The notes beneath the pieces were generated by a model that saw only the letters and a list, made by a program, of their open reading frames with translations, searched no databases and was not told the DNA's origin. Below are positions 58,413-64,000 of a DNA stretch of 64,000 bases, one piece after another. Each line of letters begins with the position of its first letter. Position 1 is the stretch's first letter. The DNA comes from Candidatus Aenigmatarchaeota archaeon (GTDB lineage Archaea; Aenigmatarchaeota; Aenigmatarchaeia; Aenigmatarchaeales; JACQIB01). The DNA lies in contig JACQIB010000004.1 of assembly GCA_016198755.1 (NCBI GenBank), forward strand, positions 128,001-192,000, given 5' to 3'. The position numbers and the translations under genes are program-made.

Positions 58413-59324
58413 TTATAAAACACATTTTTCTTCAATCAAAATTATTTTCTTGTCTGCATCTATTGAAACCTTAGCTCCGATGGGCAGGGTTGCAACAGGA
58501 GTATGGTGGCCAAAATCTTCTGTTTTCAGAATTGGAAAATCCTTTCCAGCTGTTAGCTCCAATAAACTTTGTTCCAGCTGCTTATCTTTGGGCCATTCTT
58601 TCTGCAGCCCATAAATAAAACCCACAACAACACCCTTTACTTTATCAAAAACTCCCAACTCTTTCAATTTTTCCAGTGCTTTGTAAACGTCATCACACCT
58701 CATGTGGTAGTCTTCTAACATTAGGATAGAGTTTGAAAAATCAGGCCAGAATTCTGTTCCAGCCAATTTAAGCAGAGCCCTCAGGTTCCCTCCCAAAAAC
58801 TTTCCCTGCGCATGTCCTGCGCGGATTGTTTTTCTCTCTCTCAAAGCAGGAACCTCCCCTATTTTCCCTTTTACGAGCCTGTCTAGGAAAATTTTCCTGT
58901 CATAATCTGTAGAGTATAATCCAAAGCAGTGCCTTATTTCCGGTCCCTGAAAAGTTATAAGTCCTATTTTTACATAGATTGCATTCAACAAAGCTGCAAC
59001 ATCGCTGAAACCAACAAAAACTTTTGGATTTTTCTTTATTGTTTTCCAGTCTATAAATTCTAAAGTTTTTTGTATATTATTCCCCCCAACCGTAGAAACA
59101 ATCCCTTTCACCTCAGGGTTCTGGAACAGCTCATTCAAGTCCTCAGCTTTCTTTTTTGGGTCTGTGCTGTTAAAGTTTTTGCTCAGTAAAACCTTAAACC
59201 CAAGCTTTTCCAGCTCTCCAACACCCTTCAAAAAGCGCGGATCATTTGGCCCACCCTCTACTGGGTCAGAAGGAGTGCAGGTTCCCAGTTTATCTCCAAT
59301 TTTCAAACGCTTTGGTATAATCAT
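58413..59324 (-). CDS. Peptidase S66 (LD-carboxypeptidase/MccF family)
   Basis: GFSD, GGNL, LED and FGH Ser-Glu-His triad motifs. Confidence 0.93.
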   Translation of the reverse strand: MIIPKRLKIGDKLGTCTPSDPVEGGPNDPRFLKGVGELEKLGFKVLLSKNFNSTDPKKKAEDLNELFQNPEVKGIVSTVGGNNIQKTLEFIDWKTIKKNPKVFVGFSDVAALLNAIYVKIGLITFQGPEIRHCFGLYSTDYDRKIFLDRLVKGKIGEVPALRERKTIRAGHAQGKFLGGNLRALLKLAGTEFWPDFSNSILMLEDYHMRCDDVYKALEKLKELGVFDKVKGVVVGFIYGLQKEWPKDKQLEQSLLELTAGKDFPILKTEDFGHHTPVATLPIGAKVSIDADKKIILIEEKCVL

Positions 59325-59330
59325 AATGTC

Positions 59331-60029
59331 TCACTCAACAATCTTCTTTGATTCGCAGTTGTCTGTGCAGGGTTTTGGGATAAATTCCCTTAAAACCATT
59401 GTTTCACCCTTCACTAGCTTTGAAAAATTTTCCTCAGCTTCGCGTGCCTTCTCTTTCAAAACCATTTTATAGTGCATTGGAATTGTAAGCTTTGCCTTAA
59501 TAGTGTTAGCTGCCTCAGCAGCTTCCTCCACGCCCATTGTAAATTTTCCCCCCATTGGCAGGAGAGCAACATCTATGTTTTTCAATTCTCTCATCTCAGG
59601 GACAAAATCTGTGTCCCCAGCATGGTATAATCTGCCAGCAGGCAGGTTTAGAACAAACCCAACCCAGTTATTTGCACGTGGATGGAAGCTTAGCCTGTCT
59701 TCTTTAGTGTTGTAAGCAGGAATTGTCTCAACTTTAATACCGAAAATATTGTAGGTTTTTTGCGATTCAACTGGTATAAAACGTGCTGGAGAAACCAGTT
59801 CTTGCTGTAGGTTCGCAGGCCCAACCAGAACAGTCTCGGGCTTCAATATTCTTTTCAAATCCTGCTCACTAAAATGGTCATAGTGGGCATGGGTAATAAA
59901 AATCACATCAGCTTTCTCTTTTGTTTCAGGTATTTGAAACGGGTCTATATACAGGAAGTTTTTCTTGTTCAGGAAAATGGAAAAGGAAGCATGCCCAAAC
60001 CAGCGCAGGTCGCGAAGTAAGTCTGACAT
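59331..60029 (-). CDS. Metallo-beta-lactamase-fold hydrolase
   Basis: WFGHASF, THAHYDH, YHAGDT, IPMHY. Confidence 0.93.
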   Translation of the reverse strand: MSDLLRDLRWFGHASFSIFLNKKNFLYIDPFQIPETKEKADVIFITHAHYDHFSEQDLKRILKPETVLVGPANLQQELVSPARFIPVESQKTYNIFGIKVETIPAYNTKEDRLSFHPRANNWVGFVLNLPAGRLYHAGDTDFVPEMRELKNIDVALLPMGGKFTMGVEEAAEAANTIKAKLTIPMHYKMVLKEKAREAEENFSKLVKGETMVLREFIPKPCTDNCESKKIVE

Positions 60030-60076
60030 GAAACCTATTGGCGAAAAGGATATTTATAGGTTTGAACCTGCGCAAC

Positions 60077-60286
60077 TCAGCCGCTGCGGTTCATAACAAG
60101 TGATAAACTCTCATTCAAAACACCCTTTACTGTTTCATTTACAGTGTGTGTTCCGAGAGTTGCTGTGTTCTGCAGGTTTAATGTTATCTGGGCGACAGCA
60201 ACAAGCACAACAGCTGCAACCAAAAGCATTGCCAAGTACTTCAGAGGAAGGCCTTCTATTCCCTTTAAACGAAATACTTTCATCAT
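60077..60286 (-). CDS. Archaeal type IV pilin
   Basis: Class III signal KG/IEGL followed by a hydrophobic helix; last gene of the pilus operon. Confidence 0.78.
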   Translation of the reverse strand: MMKVFRLKGIEGLPLKYLAMLLVAAVVLVAVAQITLNLQNTATLGTHTVNETVKGVLNESLSLVMNRSG

Positions 60287-60291
60287 TTATA

Positions 60292-62085
60292 TCACGTCAA
60301 ACTCTGCAGCAATAGTATGCGCGTTGCCAATAATGTAACAGTAAAGACTATTAAAACCGCTGGAAATGATTCTGCCAGTTCAATACCGTTTGCAACAGGA
60401 TCAGAACCCCAGCCTATCTTGCTAACATACCTTACAAGTACAAAGTTCAGTCCAATAGCATAAATCCCAACAATAAGTAAAAGTATATCAGGAGTTATGC
60501 TTGGTTTTGAAATAAGTGTCGGACCTATGTTAGGAAGGTTCTGGGTTTGTATAGACTTTGTTATCATTTGAAAGAGCACAATTATAATTGAGGTTACAAG
60601 CGGGGAGAAAACCAAAGCTGTTGCCTTCATCATTGTAAGGCTTTTTCTTAAAAGTTCTTTTATCCAGTCATCAACAGCATTCAACTTCTCTAGATAAGAC
60701 AAAATAAGGGAAGCTGTGGAAGCTGCAGCAGCTGTTCCTCTGCTAAGGGAAGCTGCAATAAGTATAAGGAAAGACCTTATTAATTTTGAATCTATTTTCT
60801 CAAACTCAAGCGCTTTATTCAAAGGTAAGGAACCTGCACGCACTTTGTAAACAAGCCTGTCCAAAAGCCCTGCTATATCGCTCCCTTTGAGCAGTTTAGC
60901 TGTATAACTCAGAGCTTCTTCTATTGGCTTTCCCTCTGCAAGCTTGTTGCGTATATGGTAGAGAGCAGCAGGAAACTGTTCCTCTATCTTTCTAACCTCT
61001 TCCCGTTTTGCCTTGAACGGATAATAATTACTATAGTAGTAAACAAAAAACCCTATTCCAATACCCCATATTATAGGAAAAGTTGAGAGCGGCTTTACAG
61101 CAAGCAAAAACCACTGGTTAATAATAACCCCAAAATAACCCAAAAGATAAACAAATCCCGGGAATGCAACCAGAAGGGAAAGCAAAATAGCAGCAGGCAA
61201 GCTTTTGTTTTCCAATTTGAACTCTATACCTCCCATTGAGGGGGGCCTTTTCCTGAGTATATGCTCTGAGTAAAGAAAGCTTGCAAAAAGCGTTGTAAAA
61301 AGGAAGAGAGAAGTTGGCAAAGGACCAACATCTGCCCCTAAAAACGATATTATTGGAAAGAGGGAGATTATCATTAGCGGGACGATTGTTCCTATACTGA
61401 AAAGCAAAAGTGTTGGTATATGCAGACCTGAAGCATACTCTTTTATTTTTGCTATCGTATCCTTCAAAAGCGTTTTTGTTGCCCTATCCAAATCCTTTAT
61501 TTTAGCTTTTGGGTCAGACTCGCTGAAACTGGCTTCTATAAGAGAAACAGAAGACTGAAAAGCAGGGGAAAATTTCCCCCATTTCCTTCCAACTTTATCC
61601 AGTCCTTCCAAAGCATTCTTATACTTCCCAACAGCAACCTTCCAAACAGCTTTTTTCAGGTCATCAGCAACTAATCCAGTAGAATTCTCAGCTGCAAATT
61701 TCATTGCTCTCTCGGGTGAAGGGCTGCCTCTCAGGTATATGGAAAGCTGTGATAAAACTAAAGGAGCAGTACCCATGGCCTGCATAGCCTTGTCATTCGC
61801 AGCCATTTTAGGGTATTCTGTGAAAAGATAGAAAGTCAGGAAAGCTAAGGGAACTAAAAGTATAGTGTAGATTGGATTAAAGCCGAATAAAATAAATGAA
61901 AGAGACAATATTATTGCTACTGTTGATAAAACAAGTAAATAAAAATAGCCGGCTCCTAATATTACCGCAGGCTCTGTTTTCAACTTTAACAATTTAGCAG
62001 CATTTATCAGTTCTTTGCTTGGCTCTGATTTTAACAGAGAACCTGGAAAACAGGCTTTATCAAAAAGGGAAATATAGTTAACCAA
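60292..62085 (-). CDS. Type IV pilus/T2SS platform membrane protein (TadC/PilC-like)
   Basis: Two multi-TM halves, E.QFP.ALY.I...L..G.PIE.AL. Confidence 0.88.
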   Translation of the reverse strand: MVNYISLFDKACFPGSLLKSEPSKELINAAKLLKLKTEPAVILGAGYFYLLVLSTVAIILSLSFILFGFNPIYTILLVPLAFLTFYLFTEYPKMAANDKAMQAMGTAPLVLSQLSIYLRGSPSPERAMKFAAENSTGLVADDLKKAVWKVAVGKYKNALEGLDKVGRKWGKFSPAFQSSVSLIEASFSESDPKAKIKDLDRATKTLLKDTIAKIKEYASGLHIPTLLLFSIGTIVPLMIISLFPIISFLGADVGPLPTSLFLFTTLFASFLYSEHILRKRPPSMGGIEFKLENKSLPAAILLSLLVAFPGFVYLLGYFGVIINQWFLLAVKPLSTFPIIWGIGIGFFVYYYSNYYPFKAKREEVRKIEEQFPAALYHIRNKLAEGKPIEEALSYTAKLLKGSDIAGLLDRLVYKVRAGSLPLNKALEFEKIDSKLIRSFLILIAASLSRGTAAAASTASLILSYLEKLNAVDDWIKELLRKSLTMMKATALVFSPLVTSIIIVLFQMITKSIQTQNLPNIGPTLISKPSITPDILLLIVGIYAIGLNFVLVRYVSKIGWGSDPVANGIELAESFPAVLIVFTVTLLATRILLLQSLT

Positions 62086-64000
62086 GCTCTCCCCTCAGCC
62101 ATTTCTTCCATCTCTGGAAGAGATTTTTCTTCCCTGATTCCAGAAGGGTATAATACATGCTGTTTGCACGCGCCAAAAAGTCGGCGCCCATGGCTTTAGG
62201 ATTTTTCTTTGAAACTTTCAAAAGCTCAGCCTTCATTTTTCCCCTTAATTTAATATTTTTCAAAACATCTCTTATTCCTATTCCTTTGCTTTCTGCAATC
62301 TTTTTCAAAGTCTCAGACTTCTCAAGGCCGGAAACCCTCCATTTTCCTGTCTTCCTGTTATATTCCAGCAGTGTTTTGAAAACAGGCTCTCCCTTCCAAT
62401 TCTTCCCAACCTCCTCTATGCTAAGTAGTTTCCTGTACCTTTTTAGGCTCTCCCCTTTCCTTATGCTTCCTGCAACAACCACAAAATCCACAGCCTTAAA
62501 GCTCGTGGAAGGAACCCCTAAATCATTTACAACCCTGTCCCATGTATCATATGCTGAAGAACCATGAATAGTTCCCATTACAGCATTTCCAGCTGCACCT
62601 ATTCTCATTGCTTCAAACAATGCATGTGCTTCCTTCCCTCTTACCTCACCCATAACCAGCGTGCTTTCTCCCAGCCTTAAGCTCGTTCTGAGAGCATCTT
62701 CAGCGGAAATTTCAAACCCTTTTGCAAAAGCCTCCGTTTTCAAATGTTCAATCTTGTATCCTATGGTTTGCAAAGCACGCACAGGTATTTCAGCAGTATC
62801 CTCTATTGTTACAATTCTTGTAGATTGTGGTATCTCTGCCATTAGAGAAGTTAGTATAGAGGTTTTACCTGAACCCCTCGAACCAGTAACCAGTATAGAG
62901 CTTTGTCCATCAACTAAAAAGCTCAAAAAACCTGCAGCTGCACTATCTAACATTCCTGCATTCATGAACTCAACCAAAGTCCATGGGCTTGTTTTTCTCC
63001 TTCTGAAAGCAAATCCTGTTCCTGAATAGGTAGAAGGCTGTGTTATACCACAAACCCTGATTCCCAGCTCCTCCAGCTCTGTATGTAAAACAGGGGTTGA
63101 AGCATCCAGCGGTCTGCCTGAAAGTTCCCTTAGTTTTGAGGAAATTTTCTCAGCACCCTCTTCAGTTAAAATAATGTTTGTTATGCATTCCCCGTGCTTT
63201 TCATGTACAATATGCACTAATTTAGAACTTGAATCTATATACAAATCCTGTATTGCCTCATCCCTTAGCAAAGTATCCAGTGCTCCAAACCCTAAAGTAT
63301 GGCGCAAAAGCATACCTTTCATAACTTCCCTGTCTTCAGGCTCAGCTGCCATTGAAAGCTCTTCTACCCTTCTCCCAACTTCCTCTTTCAAAAGATCTGC
63401 TGAAAAGCTCCAGTCTGCCATTACAAGTTTTTTATAGGCTTCAGCAGCCTGCTTTGCAGCTTTTGCGGTCAAATCCAATTCAGGAAAATGAATAAAATAA
63501 AGTAAATCAGGCCTGTTTTCAATTTTGTGTATGCTAACCCTGATTTTGCTCACAGAATAGGAATCTATCTCTTCCCCTACTTTTTCTTTGTCCAAAAATG
63601 CTGAAACAAAAGAAGGATATCCCCATGCACTGAAAACTTTGTAAGCATCAGAAACTTTCCCAGCTCTTACAGCCTGCCTTATTAAAACCCAGCTTTTCAG
63701 TCTATCCTTTATTTTATCCAATTCAGGATTGCACTGTTTACATGTTCTGTTATGAGCAAGCAGGAAGAAACGCACAGGATCTTCCCACCTGTTTCCTAAA
63801 GTTTGTTCACATCTTGGACAGAGCACAAACTTTCCCAGTTCTTCCAAATACTTTTTATGCTTTTCCATTGAATAGAACTTGTAAAATCTCTTTTTCAGGG
63901 CAATCTGGTCTGCGCCCTTTTGCGCAAGCTGAAAAACCCATTTCCTGCATTGAGGGAGTTTTAGGCTTGATTTGAAAATACAGTCTTTACAGTCTATTTG
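62078..64000 (-). CDS. Type IV pilus assembly ATPase (PilB/VirB11-like); true start beyond window edge
   Basis: GSRGSGKT, IEDT.E, LRLGE..LVMGEVRG, GTIH. The frame stays open upstream of 63868 to 64000 (QIDCKDC...). Confidence 0.93.
   Translation of the reverse strand, partial: QIDCKDCIFKSSLKLPQCRKWVFQLAQKGADQIALKKRFYKFYSMEKHKKYLEELGKFVLCPRCEQTLGNRWEDPVRFFLLAHNRTCKQCNPELDKIKDRLKSWVLIRQAVRAGKVSDAYKVFSAWGYPSFVSAFLDKEKVGEEIDSYSVSKIRVSIHKIENRPDLLYFIHFPELDLTAKAAKQAAEAYKKLVMADWSFSADLLKEEVGRRVEELSMAAEPEDREVMKGMLLRHTLGFGALDTLLRDEAIQDLYIDSSSKLVHIVHEKHGECITNIILTEEGAEKISSKLRELSGRPLDASTPVLHTELEELGIRVCGITQPSTYSGTGFAFRRRKTSPWTLVEFMNAGMLDSAAAGFLSFLVDGQSSILVTGSRGSGKTSILTSLMAEIPQSTRIVTIEDTAEIPVRALQTIGYKIEHLKTEAFAKGFEISAEDALRTSLRLGESTLVMGEVRGKEAHALFEAMRIGAAGNAVMGTIHGSSAYDTWDRVVNDLGVPSTSFKAVDFVVVAGSIRKGESLKRYRKLLSIEEVGKNWKGEPVFKTLLEYNRKTGKWRVSGLEKSETLKKIAESKGIGIRDVLKNIKLRGKMKAELLKVSKKNPKAMGADFLARANSMYYTLLESGKKNLFQRWKKWLRGELG

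Overview
Gene-dense, low-GC archaeal chromosome segment. TATA/BRE promoters, GGTGA-type ribosome-binding sites, an intron-containing tRNA, RNase HII with a PIP box, an ATP-dependent ligase, tandem Lrp regulators and many orphan genes point to a DPANN-type lineage (inference). Left to right: a giant surface glycoprotein (>2550 aa, missed by the ORF track because it runs off the edge) and further surface proteins; VapBC; TraB plus M50 protease; rnhB; a wHTH-racemase-TyrRS-paralogue operon; an AbiE-like type IV TA pair; lig; RidA, NUDIX and nitroreductase genes; Lrp-linked orphan genes; ftsZ flanked on both sides by structured non-coding RNA candidates; tRNA-Asn with a 10-nt intron; an ABC/COG1361 cluster; PolX; RelE/AbrB; a HIT protein; an S66 peptidase; and a type IV pilus operon. 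The best candidates for new biology are (1) an amino-acid racemase coupled to a TyrRS-fold protein lacking HIGH/KMSKS, (2) the ftsZ 5' leader and 3' structured RNA with two micro-ORFs, and (3) the polyprotein-like giant surface protein. All family calls were made by eye from motifs; no searches were run.
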